Below, piece by piece: positions 13,520 to 24,643 of a DNA stretch of 42,283 bases; position 1 is the stretch's first letter; every line of letters begins with the position of its first letter. The notes under the pieces were generated by a model that did not search any database, was not told where the DNA came from, and was given only the letters and a program-made list of their open reading frames with translations. The DNA is taken from contig NW_021835204.1 in NCBI RefSeq assembly GCF_006345805.1, positions 1 through 42,283 on the forward strand, written 5' to 3'. The translations under genes were made by a program, and so were the position numbers. The stretch comes from Octopus sinensis (Eukaryota).

Positions 13520-13573
13520 CAACTTTTTCCAAGACATGCGAGAGAATGACCAGTTTAGAACCAGAACCATATG
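13520..13573 (-). repeat. exact 54-bp copy of the start of DMXL exon 2 (7507-7560)
   Basis: caactttttccaagacatgcgagagaatgaccagtttagaaccagaaccatatg is identical at 7507-7560 and 13520-13573. Confidence 0.95.
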
Positions 13574-15862
13574 TGTCCGTACCCTTCTACAGAAGTCAGA
13601 TGGTCCTATGAGTAATTCTCGACATGGACCTCTGCTTGGGGTGATGTGCTTCTGGTTGATAATTGACATATGATGGTCTTTTGACAGTTGGTCCTGTTGA
13701 ATGGCTAAGAAGGCCTTTCCATCTTTCTTAATTAGGTGGTCAAGCGGACTTGAATAATATTGTTCAAATTGGAAATTTGCATTATGCTAGCCGCAGCTCG
13801 GCATAGTGTAGTCTCAATTTTAAGGCTGTTGGACCATGAGAGATTAATTCCCCATGTCAATTGTCGGTCGAGGAATTGTTTGAAGAGTGCCGAGAGCCGG
13901 GAACGGTTTTTTTATTCCGTCAAATATCGAATTGATTAGGCCAATCTTTCTCTGGATCCGATGGCCTTCTCTAAATGGGAGAAAAACACATGTGGGTGTT
14001 AAAAGTGACCCTTTTAATTTTAGAGTTCTTCGTGAATGGAGTCTTTTCGTTGTCCAGAAAGAGATCAACAGTGCGTCTTCCGAGTCTCTTGTCCGACGTA
14101 AATAGGGTAGTGGACGATTTTCCGGGGGAGATGTTCATCCTGTTTTGATATAGCCAAATTCGAATTTGTAATAAGAGATCTTGTGCTTTTTTGGAAGCTT
14201 TCGAGAAGTCTTGATCACATGATCCAATGAGTATGTCGTCAGCGTAGGCGAGAATGATTGAGTGTTCCATTTCATGGTTAGGAATGTCGGATTGGTATAA
14301 ATTGAATAAAGAAGAGAAATTGTGGAGCCTTGGGGAACTCCGATTGGAAGCAATCTTGAGATTGATTTGAGGCATACTCGTCCTCTCCTTCCATTGAGAA
14401 AATTTGAAAGCCAAAGTTTTATGTTCGAGTCGATGGATAGGCCAAATATTTTTTCGAGTCAGTATCTTTCTGGAAACTGAATCAAAGGCCTTCTGAATAT
14501 CGATTGAGCATACAATTGATTTGAGATGAGGTCTAGTTTTAAAACCTTCCATTATAAACTAGGTTAATGTGGTAAGATGTTCGAGTTAGAGAAATTATTC
14601 CTAAAACCATGTTGGATGTATGTAAGGGAGAGAATAGGGGGTGATCAAATCGAATTGTTGTCAACTATGACTACAATTGGGGATACGCATGGAAAGAGAC
14701 ACTTCGGTGCCTTGTTTTTATCTCCCCGTTGATGATTTCTTCCTTGTTTTTCTTTTTCTTTTCGCTCAATAAACACTATTCTATTCTATTCTAGTTTTTC
14801 AAGAACTTTTGCAATAAAACATAAAAGTGAGATGGGTCTATAGGAAGAGGGGACGTTCTTCGGTTGGGCCGGCTTGAGAATTGGGCGTATAAGAGAATTT
14901 TTTATATATTTGGTATTTGATTTTGGTTAATGGAAGAGTTGAAAATGTTTTTCACTGCATCAATTCCGATGGGACCAAGGTGCTTTAGAAAGGTTGTTGG
15001 AATCAAGTCTGGTCCACAGGATAGGGATGATTTTGTACTGGGGATATATAGGTGGGTGAGTTTGATTTCTTTGGTTTATTGTTTACGTAATATGAGTTTA
15101 TCTTTAGATGATTCTTATAACTAATTCCGTCGTTGAATTTCATGAGTTTACTCAATTCAAGTTGACTTTTCTGTTCTGAAATTATGTAATGGTTGGCAGG
15201 TCTGAATTTGTTGAAAGCATTCCACATGCATTGGGCAGATTTTTCTTTTCCAAGCGTTTTGATTTGCTTTCCCCATCTTCTTTGGGATGCTTTCTTAGTG
15301 GTATCGTTGAGGTTCTTGATTTCTTTTCTTCCTCCGGGAATAAAATTAGATTCTTTTTGAAAAAGTTTCTTATTCTGATAAGAATTTTTATCTCCTGGTC
15401 GAGATTTTCTTCGAAGTGATGGTAAGTGCATTTTGGGATAAATAGTTTTCTACCCAGCAAAATCGCCTCATTTAGGTACTTGACAACTCCGTCGATTGAT
15501 TTGAACAGTTTAGTATCAAAGTTTTGCAGCATTGCGTCGGTGAAGTTAGCATATCCCTCCCAGTTTGCGTTCTTGTAATTGAAAAAGGACATAGTTTTGT
15601 TGATATGGGGAAAGCTTTTCTTGATCCTGATGATAATTGGATTGTGATCTAAATTAGGATCGTAGTCTGTTGACCATGCAATGCTTGAGGATAAGTTAGT
15701 TGAGGATAGTGTAATGTCCGGAGATGTTAAGCGTTCGGTATTCTTATAAGGTGTCCTGTGGGTCTTCGGTTTGTTAAGGAAAGACATGGTAGATAGTTGT
15801 TCCAATAGAAACCATCCTCATGAGTCTGCCCGTTGGGATTTAAACCAAGTCAAATGCTTTGC
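13574..15862 (-). mobile_element. 5'-truncated, decayed APE-type non-LTR retrotransposon (endonuclease C-half plus RT)
   Basis: EN motifs are (N)AKHLTW, THR..TSPDITL and LDHNPII. RT motifs are SSYRPISLL..IAKVLEK, QHGFR, SIDIQKAFDSV, GVPQGS and LAYADDILI. There are multiple frameshifts and stops. Confidence 0.9.
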
Positions 15863-15878
15863 GTCTGCCCGTTGGGAT

Positions 15879-16465
15879 ATCGCCCAACCCACCTCGACTG
15901 CCCACCTCCTCTACTTTTCCTGTTTCGCCGGATTCGTCTACTCATGTCACAAAGTCAGTCACGTGCTTTATTTCAGATTAATGGGAGGATTGTGAGTAAA
16001 ATTAGTGTGGGGTGTCCTCTCTTCTCATCCCCAGTCCTCTCCTCCAACAATGTCCTCGTTGCAGGCGTGGATGGGACCATTCATCGGTTGGGAGACCACC
16101 CCTGGCAATACTCCACCACTGAACCCATCTTTGGACGACCTCTGGTGACTTCAGAGGGGGTCGTTGTGGGGTCGAATGATGGCAACTTGTATTCTCTCTA
16201 CAATTATGGCACACTCCACTGGGTCTGTCACTTGAATGGGCCTCTGGTCAGTTCGCCTGTCCTCGGGTGGAGGGAGGACGGGACCACCCTGTTCGTGGTG
16301 GCGTCTACTGGAGGCACTGTGTATGCTGTCGAGTCTTGTTAGGGGACTGTCCTTGGGGCTATTCAGTTGGAGGGACAAGTTTTTTCTACTCCCCTATGGG
16401 CGGGCAATTCTATATATATTGGTTGTAGAGATAACCACATGTATAATATAAACATTGATTTATAA
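15879..16465 (+). pseudogene. AASDH: 3' remnant of AASDH-like gene (PQQ-like beta-propeller repeats only)
   Basis: It contains repeated PQQ-like motifs LFSSPVL, PIFGRPLV..VVGSNDGNLYSL and GPLVSSPV, and the end GQVFSTPLWAGNSIYIGCRDNHMYNIDL* matches the AASDH C-terminus (GEVFSSP...IIGCRDNYVY). There is one 23-nt intron and an in-frame TAG at 16340-16342. The 5' part is absent at the LINE junction. Confidence 0.7.
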
Positions 16466-16479
16466 GTCTTGTGTGTCAT

Positions 16480-17760
16480 TATTTTAAGGGGAAATAAGTT
16501 AAAACTGTGCCGCGCAAATAATTTCAAGAAATCCGGCAATAAACTCGAAAGGCGGGTCAGCACAGTGGCAACGAAGGTCTGTCATACCAGGAGAGACTCG
16601 GTGATCACCAAAAAATGTAGGACAAGCAGAAAAATGCATCAAATAATAAATAATTGAGGTTTTTTAGTTTAGTCTATCGAATCTCTGAGCATTTTGTTAG
16701 AATATTTCAGAATCTTGGACTTTATTTAAATTCAATTTGCAGATCACAATCGTAGTTTGTCATTCATTGTGAGAAGCAACATATTAGTCATAAGACCCTC
16801 TGGATTACCACGTATACTCTCAACCTAGAGATCTCTTTTGAATTATTTATTAAATTGTATTAAGTTGACTATGTGGTTAGGCAGTGTTTTTCTATGTTTA
16901 GATGGTCTACCCGTCCACAATTTAATTGATTCATTTCATTCTAATGTGTTTTGGTATTTGTAGGACATATTTTCTAATTGGAGATTGTTTTTAAATCCTT
17001 ATAAATGTTGGTCTTTAATATCCCACACTGGTTTGTTAGAAATGCCAAATTATGACCACTGCTCTATTCTGTAGAGTTTTGTCATTGAAGGAATGACATT
17101 AGCTGGGGACGACCATAATTATCTGCTTACTGTTTTAAAATGATGTACTCACGTGTTTTGACACAAAGAGCAGTGGGCATTCGATAATTTTTCCCTGTTG
17201 ACTGGGGGTACTTCGGACAGATTATCCAGGTTGGTCACTGTTTGTGTGGTGATGTACTCAGAGATATGCGCACATTTTGTCAGTAGTATTTGGCTATAGT
17301 TTGGGACAGTCATATGTTTGATAGATGATTAGTCCTTTCAAGTTTTGTAATCCAACCTGACTAATTCTCTGAGATTGAATGTCTATTCATACTCTTTACA
17401 ATTCTTTCAAGACTGAATTTTAGAACTGGAAGGTCAATCGATGGAGTTTGTATATACATGAATGGATGAACAAAACCAGTGCGATCATCCGAGGCTGATG
17501 AAGCTCAGTCTTATAACACGTGGAAGCGTTGACAATTCCCTTATAGCGACCCTCGTAATCAATGCCGTTTAGTCTGGTCATATAGTGACACTAAATTACT
17601 TGCACATATTAGGCATCCTTTATTGAAGTGATTGTTACCACAGAAATCACTCATAGTTAGGACTAGATGGCCACAGAAATTACTCTCTTCATCGAGGAAA
17701 CCAATACAATTCGGAGTCTGGCTTTATGTGGTTGGGCTAAATAAGGTTAAATACACAGGT
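16480..17760 (-). CDS. probable multi-exon gene of unknown function
   Basis: Several coding-like stretches lie between short GT-AG segments (for example LNGIDYEGRYKGIVNAS, WIICPKYPQSTGKNYRMPTALC, RVSPGMTDLRCHCADPPFEF). I recognised no family and could not complete the exon model. Confidence 0.3.
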
Positions 17761-18086
17761 AGCGTGATTATTGATTAAAATTAATGATAGTTGTTCCACA
17801 AAACGATGAATTAATATTCGTATGAATCAACCTAATAGACTCGTACTTTTCAGTTTGTAAATAAGTGAATTCAATATATTTGGTACTTCAAATTCATTAT
17901 CATTAGTACTCCCACTCGAGTAGTTTGAAATTCATTCATAGGATTCTTAATTATGTTGTATTGCTCAAATCTGCCCTAAATATATTTCATGCCATAGTGA
18001 CCAACACAACTTACTCACTGACTGGTTTATACGACAAGTCAATCTCCATAATAGGATAACTTACGAATATACAACTTCATAATTTT

Positions 18087-20270
18087 TCCCTAACGGCTCT
18101 TACGAACCGAATTTTGAACGGAGAAATCTCCGAGTATGCCCGCGACCTATTTTTTGCCGCTAATCTCACTGCCCTGAGGAAAAAGAAAGGCGGTGTCCGT
18201 CCCATCGCCGTGGGTTGCCTCTTCCGCCGTCTGGCGTCGAAGGTAGCTTGCAGACAAGCCATCAAATTGCTGGGGTCCGAATTACGCCCAATACAACTCG
18301 GCGTAGGAGTTCGGGGTGGCTGCGAAGCAGCAGTCCACGCCACGAGGAAGTTTGTGATTGCCTCTCAAGATCGGCAAGACAAGCCTTGTCTTCTTATCAA
18401 GATAGACTTGGCTAATGCTTTCAACTGTGTGCGTCGTGACACTTTTTTCGAATCCGCTACCCGTCGCTGTCCAGCAATCTCCCGTCTCGTCGCGTTGGCC
18501 TACGGCCAGCTCAGCCTCCTTGTCGCTGGTAATCAGACAATCCCGTCCAGTAATGGAGTACAGCAAGGTGACCCTTTGGGCCCTCTCCTTTTCGCTCTGG
18601 CTGTGGATAACGTTGCCAGGAATGTATCATCCAAATTCAACGTTTGGTACTTGGACGACGCGACCATAGGTGGTACATCTGAATCCGTTCTTGATGACCT
18701 GAGAATCATAATCCCTTCATTGCACGCCATTAGTCTCGAAGTCAATTCCAATAAATCTGAAATCATAAACATCAGTTACGACCCGCACCATTTTTCCGAT
18801 ATTCTTCGTTCCTTCAACTCGCTTTTATCGAACATTCAAGTCACCACGCCATCGAATCTCAAGATTTTGGGCTCCCCCATATTCAACACTGGAGTGGATC
18901 AAACTCTGTCCGAAAAAACCTCGAATCTCATATCTATGTCCAGTAAGCTCACGACAATTGATTCCCATGCGGCTTTATTTCTATTGAAGAATTGCTTCGC
19001 GATCCCCAAGCTAATGTTCACCCTCCGAAGTGCGCCCTGTTTTACAAATCACGTGGGCCTCTTCAGCTTCGACCGTGCCCTCAGGGGATGCCTCGAAGCA
19101 ATTTGTAATGCCCCGTTTGATGACCTCGGCTGGGAGCAGGCAATCCTCCCGGTTAGCCACGGTGGCATCGGTGTGCGCACTGCCGCCGATCTTTCCCTTC
19201 CCTGCCAGCATTTCTTTCCTCTGTTCACGCCACCAGCTCTCTGGTCCACGAGATCCAATCCGCTATTGAATCCCCCGTGGACACTGAGTTCTCTTCGGCT
19301 GTCAGATGCTGGTCCGCTAATGGTCTCAAAGTTCCTGATAATTCGACCAACCACAGCGGCAGTGGGACGGAATTTATTCGGACCACAAGTTTTTCCTCCT
19401 CAAGTGTAAACTTGATCAACAACCCGCCTGAGCTGCCTGCTTGCTGGGTCCCAAAAGTATTCAGGAGCCTGGCTGACAGCTATCCCAATGGTATCAGTCG
19501 GGACATTACTGGATAACGAATGCCTCCGCATCGCAGTCTCTCTGCGCTTGGGATTAAACATCTGCCGTGAACATCAATGCCGCTGCGGCCAGATGATTGA
19601 CACCCTAGGACTGCACCCGCTATCCTGCCGGCGTAGCGCTGGACGTTTCCCTCGACACTCTGGGCTTAATGATGTGGTGAGCCGCGCCCTGGCATCTGCG
19701 GGATTCCCTAATGTGCTGGAACCAGTCGGGTTAAATCGCGGAGATGGAAAGCGCCCAGATGGCATGACAACATTTCCCTTCGATCACGGGAAATGCCTCA
19801 TCTGGGACGCGACATGCTCCGACACATTCTCCCCGCATAACCTGATTTCATCAGTTGCTGAGCCCGGCTCAGCGGCAAGACATACGGAGGTCACAAAAAC
19901 AAGACATGCGGAGGTCACAAAAACAAGAAAATACTCGTACCTGGCCAGAAACCACATTTTTGCGCCAGTAGCCGTGGAGACATCCGGGGTCATCGGCCCA
20001 GAATCGCTTTCTTTCCTTCGTCGGCTGGGGTCGAAGATTGCCAGACGAAACAAGGATCCCAACGAGACTCGTCATCTTTTCCAAAGAGTCTCGTTGGCGA
20101 TCGTCCGAGGGAACTGCCAGGCCATCTTATGCGCCGGCAGTTCAAAATAACTGCATTGTCTAGTTACCATGGATTATTGAATTTATAATATTTATTTATC
20201 AATATGCTAAAATTGTCATATTTATAAGAGAACCATGGAATTGAGTAACAAAAGACACAATAACTAATAA
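18087..20270 (+). mobile_element. 5'-truncated CRE-clade non-LTR retrotransposon (RT plus restriction-like endonuclease), few frameshifts
   Basis: RT motifs are KKKGGVRPIAVG, GVGVRGGCEA, IDLANAFNCV, GVQQGDPLGPLLF, WYLDD and GGIG. The C-terminus has a CCHC knuckle (CRCG...HPLSC), RHSGLND, KRPDG, WDAT and RVSLAIVRGN, and the ORF ends at 20150. The 3' boundary is approximate. Confidence 0.9.
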
Positions 20271-20355
20271 AATAAATGAATTAAGAATTAATGATTTCGA
20301 AATTAATCAAAAAATTCAATCTTAACTTTTGGAGACTCATATTTCATATGTAATA

Positions 20356-22260
20356 CAGTATAACCTCCATTTGGGGCAGACCTCTGGCTTGGGGAACCTC
20401 TATTTTTGGGGAAACCTCTATTTTTGGGGTAGTTTGAAAAGGATATAATTTTTATGCGGTAATTTCCAAATTTAGAAATTACCGGAACCTCTAAGTGGGG
20501 CACAGGATATTTAATTTATACATATTTGCTATTAAAATTAAAATTAATTATATAAAATTTCATTTGGAAGCCTCGTGTAATTTTTGTATTCTTGTTGTTA
20601 TGGCTCGTAAGCTTAGTCTTGAGTTAAAGATCAAAATTGCCAAGGAATTAAGTGAAAATAAACATCTTACTGAACGAGATATTGTAGATAAGTACAAAAT
20701 TAGTAAAGGTTTTTTATTAATGTAAGTTTTTAGGCGCTGTGTCACGTATTAAAAAAAATTATCTCAATTTTTTTAATACTGGGGCTGTTCAAACAGATTT
20801 TCCCAGAAATATTCAACGCTCTCCTCATACTTTATCCCAAAAATTGGATAAAATTGTTTTTGAGGCTTTCACCAAGACAAGGGAAGAATTTATTCCTGTG
20901 TCCGGTCCTCTTTTAAAAAATATTGCTTCCAAAGTAGCAAGGATGTTGAATTATTCGGCGTTCAAAGGGTCCAATGGCTGGTTGGAAAAATTTAAGAAAA
21001 GACATATGTTGTCATTTAAGACAATTAGTGGAGAGAAAAACTCTTCCGATGTTTCTTCGCTTGATATGTTTTTTTCCAAGTATGATGAATACGTAAAAGA
21101 ATATGTCTTCAAAATATTTTTAATTGCGACGAAACTGGGTTATATATTAAAAGGATACCTTCAAAATCATTTGTAAGTTCGGATGAAGATTGTTTCGGAT
21201 TAAAAGGAGTAAAGAAAAATTCACTATTCTTTTGTCGGTCAGTGCTTGTGGCGAAAAATTGAAGCCATTGTTAGTAGGAAAATATAAATCCCCACGTTGT
21301 ATGAAAAACTTTAACCCTGAAGAACATGGAGTTTCATATTCATCATCTAAAAAAACAGTTGGATGACATCAGAAATATTTATTACATGGCTCACCATTAC
21401 AAATGAACAAATGATTACGCAAAAGAGAAAAATTGTTTTGTTACTGATAACGCAAGCTGTCACAAATATATCCATCTTTCCAACATTGAATTGTTTTTTC
21501 TCCCAAAAAATACAACCTCATTAATTCAACCGTTAGACATGGTATTATTAAATCTTTCAAGTCCAATTATCTTAACGCTTTATTGGATTTTACTCTTTAT
21601 TTTGAGGACGTTGAGTTACAAATTGTTATTTAAAAAAAATAAATCTTCGTCATGTCATAATAATTGTTGGAAAAACATGGCAAAATTTAAATCCTGAAAC
21701 AATAACGAATTGTTGGGAAACAATTAATAACTATCGGCAACAGATTCCTAGTTCAAATTTTTTAGTTAACAGTGAGAAAGAAAATTTGGACACGATAATT
21801 GCAGACGTAATTGCTGAAATGAAGAAGAAAATAATGATGAGTCAATATATGACCAACTGAATGCAACTGTTCACACTTGGACACGATAACAGCAATGAAT
21901 AACCTTGAAGAGAATATTCACCGTTTGTTTCCCGATGCGTTAAAAGACTATTACAATTTCAGAAAAATATTGGGCATACATATGAAGAAATCTGCAACAG
22001 GAAACAAAATAACAGATTTTTTCGTGTAATAGAATAAAAATTTTTTTCTACTTGAAAAATACTCTAATTATCAATAAAATTAGTGGAAAACATGTTTAAA
22101 TGTTCTTAAAAAAACTTTATTTATTTATAAATTAATGAAAAATATGCTAAAACTATTAAAATTTTTATAAAATAAGAAAATTTCAGACCTCCATTTTTGG
22201 GGAAACCTCTATTTTTGGGGCAATTTTTCAAAATTGATGCCCCAAATGGAGGTTATACTG
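20356..22260 (+). mobile_element. pogo/Tigger-like (Tc1-mariner superfamily) DNA transposon, decayed transposase containing a 25-nt intron
   Basis: Perfect 23-bp TIRs CAGTATAACCTCCATTTGGGGCA are flanked by a TA TSD, with GGGGAAACCTCTATTTTTGGGG subterminal repeats. It encodes HTH-psq, CENP-B HTH (FKGSNGWLEKFKKRH) and DDE_1 motifs (NCDETG, QPLD), with frameshifts. Confidence 0.93.
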
Positions 22261-22720
22261 TACAAATAGAATTTGATGAACTGAAAATGACCCTCAATTA
22301 TATGATGGGTGGGATGCTGAAATTGTGAATCATAACATCAAAGACACGATGAATATAATAAATATTTTAGAAAATTCATTATTCAATGTTTGTCCCGAAG
22401 CACTTAATAAATATTATGTCACATGGGTGATCAGACCCCTACGGGCAGCCTGGCCTTTACGTGTTTCCATGGCAACTACATAGCAAATATTTACTAAAAA
22501 GCCAACTAATATAAAGGAAAACGATACGAACTAATGATTGAACTTTAAATTTTTGAGAAAATGATGTTTTATCTTTGAACCATGCTTGCTTTAAAATAGT
22601 AAAATTATTTACAACATTAGCAAATTATAATGTGAATTATTTTTATTTTTGATAATATAAATTGCAACATTAGCAAATTATAATTTACATCAATTTTTGC
22701 AAAGTTTGTAACACTTTACT

Positions 22721-22817
22721 TTAACCTTAACCCAAACCCTAACGTTGGCAAGTGACAACATAAATATATTCAAAATCTAACCCTAACCTTAACCCAAACC
22801 CTAACGTAACCCTAACT
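22721..22817. repeat. degenerate telomere-like (CCCTAA-related) repeats
   Basis: ttaaccttaacccaaaccctaacgt occurs in near-identical form twice, plus ctaaccctaacc and aaccctaac. Confidence 0.7.
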
Positions 22818-22884
22818 CGAAATTAAATGATGTTTCTCTGCTGACGATTCTTCAGACTTTTTGACAAAAATTGGAAGCCTTTTT

Positions 22885-23930
22885 GGCGATATCGTGTTTT
22901 AGCGTCTTAAATCAATCATAAGGGACCAATTTTGATTAGAAATCGCAAATAAATTAATTTATTATATATTTTTTAAAAATTATTATAATTAAATTTATAT
23001 GTACAATACTGTGGCAACCCTAAATTAAAATTTTTTTTAAACTACATTTTTTACAGCAACTTAGTAAAACATGAAAACAGTGAAAAACTCGAATTATTAA
23101 GACAAAAGATACTGAGAATTAATAGTTATTAACGTGTCTCGACTCCGATCAGGAACTTCGACCAGAAAAAATATTCCTAGGTTGCCCCTCTCTTTTCCAC
23201 CAACAACCCAATGCCTTCGTGCCAGGTACCTCTTGCGTATTTTCGATGAAAATATTTTGTTTCATCCACTTCTACGACAATTGGCAACATAGTTTCTGAA
23301 TTAATTCCACTGAGAGAACAAGGATGGTCCTCGACCCACTTTACGCATACATCACGTAAAAAGTTTCCCCAATCAATTGATGTTTTTTTAAAGTCTGATC
23401 GAGATTCTTTGCTGCAGATAATCGTTTCTGAGTTGAGTGCCCAAAAATAGATATAGTCCAAAATTTGCTTCAATTCAAGATGACTATGTGAGAAAAAGCT
23501 GCCATCTCGAATCGATTTTGAGAAATTGCATGTTTTACATTTCCACTTTAATTTGTCGAGTCGGGATTTGTCTGAAAGAAGACGGCAATCCGTGCTGCAG
23601 TTTTCGCATTTCATCGAATTTTTGATTAGCTGATATTGAGCCAACCAATTGACCGTATCTTGCGTGGTCATTGTTATTTCCACAAAATCTCGGTGATTCA
23701 ATTCAAATAGTAACAAATCATATGTTGGTTGAGTATTATTAACAATAATAGTCGATGCAGACGGCCTTCCACAATACATCATTCAAAAATACTGTTAAAG
23801 CGTTGCAGATAATAATTATTTTGATAATTATAATAATTTTTAAAAAATAATATAATAATATTAATTTATTTGCGATTTCTAATCAAAATTGGTCCCTTAT
23901 GATTTTAAGACGCTAAAACACGATATCGCC
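22885..23930 (-). mobile_element. Merlin/IS1016 (ISXO2-like) DNA transposon, internally deleted
   Basis: TIRs of about 72 bp begin GGCGATATCGTGTTTTAGCGTCTTAAA, and CCTTTTT is duplicated on both sides. ORF 23177-23782 has a zinc ribbon (C..C, W.C..C), SIRDGSFF and VEVDETKYFHRKYARG, but lacks the C-terminal catalytic half. Confidence 0.9.
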
Positions 23931-24643
23931 CCTTTTTGGCCAACCGGTGTTTGCTTCGAGCATTCATATCCTCCGGGAATATCCCGATTAACGCTTCCTT
24001 AATTTGATTGTATTCGTTAATATTTCTGACGTAACGCTTAAACCCAGACATCACAAAGTTTGACTAACCACGCTGTTAAAATTAATATACTTTTGGGTAA
24101 GCCATTTTTAAAAATAATTCAAATGTAATTTTAAATTAGAATATATTGATTAATCTACACTCTTCCATATATAAATTGCTATATTCAATATTTAATACCT
24201 TTTCTGCGGTTTCCATAGAACACGTAAAAGGACTGGCTGCCCATAGCGATATAGTCGCCCATGTGATATTATGTTTTTAAAATGAACGTCTCCAAGAAAT
24301 TTAAAAAATGTAATATTGGAGGGAAGATTAGCGATTACTTTTTTTTTAATTGATAAATAAATAAATTTTTGACTTTTAAGTGCTATTTTATTTAAAAAAT
24401 TAAAGAAAAAGTTAAAAAAGGGTATAAATTAACATACCCTCGGTATCTGGACTCGAAATTGTACTTAAACTAACAGAGTAGAATTCACATTGGACAATCT
24501 CATTCGATTGTCGGATCTTAGCTTAATGCGCATCAAAAGAAATCTTGTCTGTTTTATTTGGGATACCACTTACACAAAATACATTTTATTAACCGAAATT
24601 GTTTTTTTATATCCCACGGGACTCAATCCAGAACAATTTAAGC

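Larger units (their letters stand above)
22420..24265. mobile_element. unclassified non-autonomous TIR element with 9-bp TSD (MULE-like?), hosting the Merlin insertion
   Basis: The termini are CACATGGG...CCCATGTG, with imperfect inverted similarity over about 70 bp (GGGCAGCC, TTTACGTGT, ATGG(C/A)AAC shared). A perfect TSD ATATTATGT lies at 22411-22419 and 24266-24274. No transposase of its own is visible. Confidence 0.72.

Noticed and set aside
16340-16342. In-frame TAG in AASDH (and other in-frame stops) as evidence for a variant genetic code or readthrough
   Set aside because: Intact genes here end in TAA, TAG or TGA normally, and the in-frame stops are confined to TE and remnant sequences.
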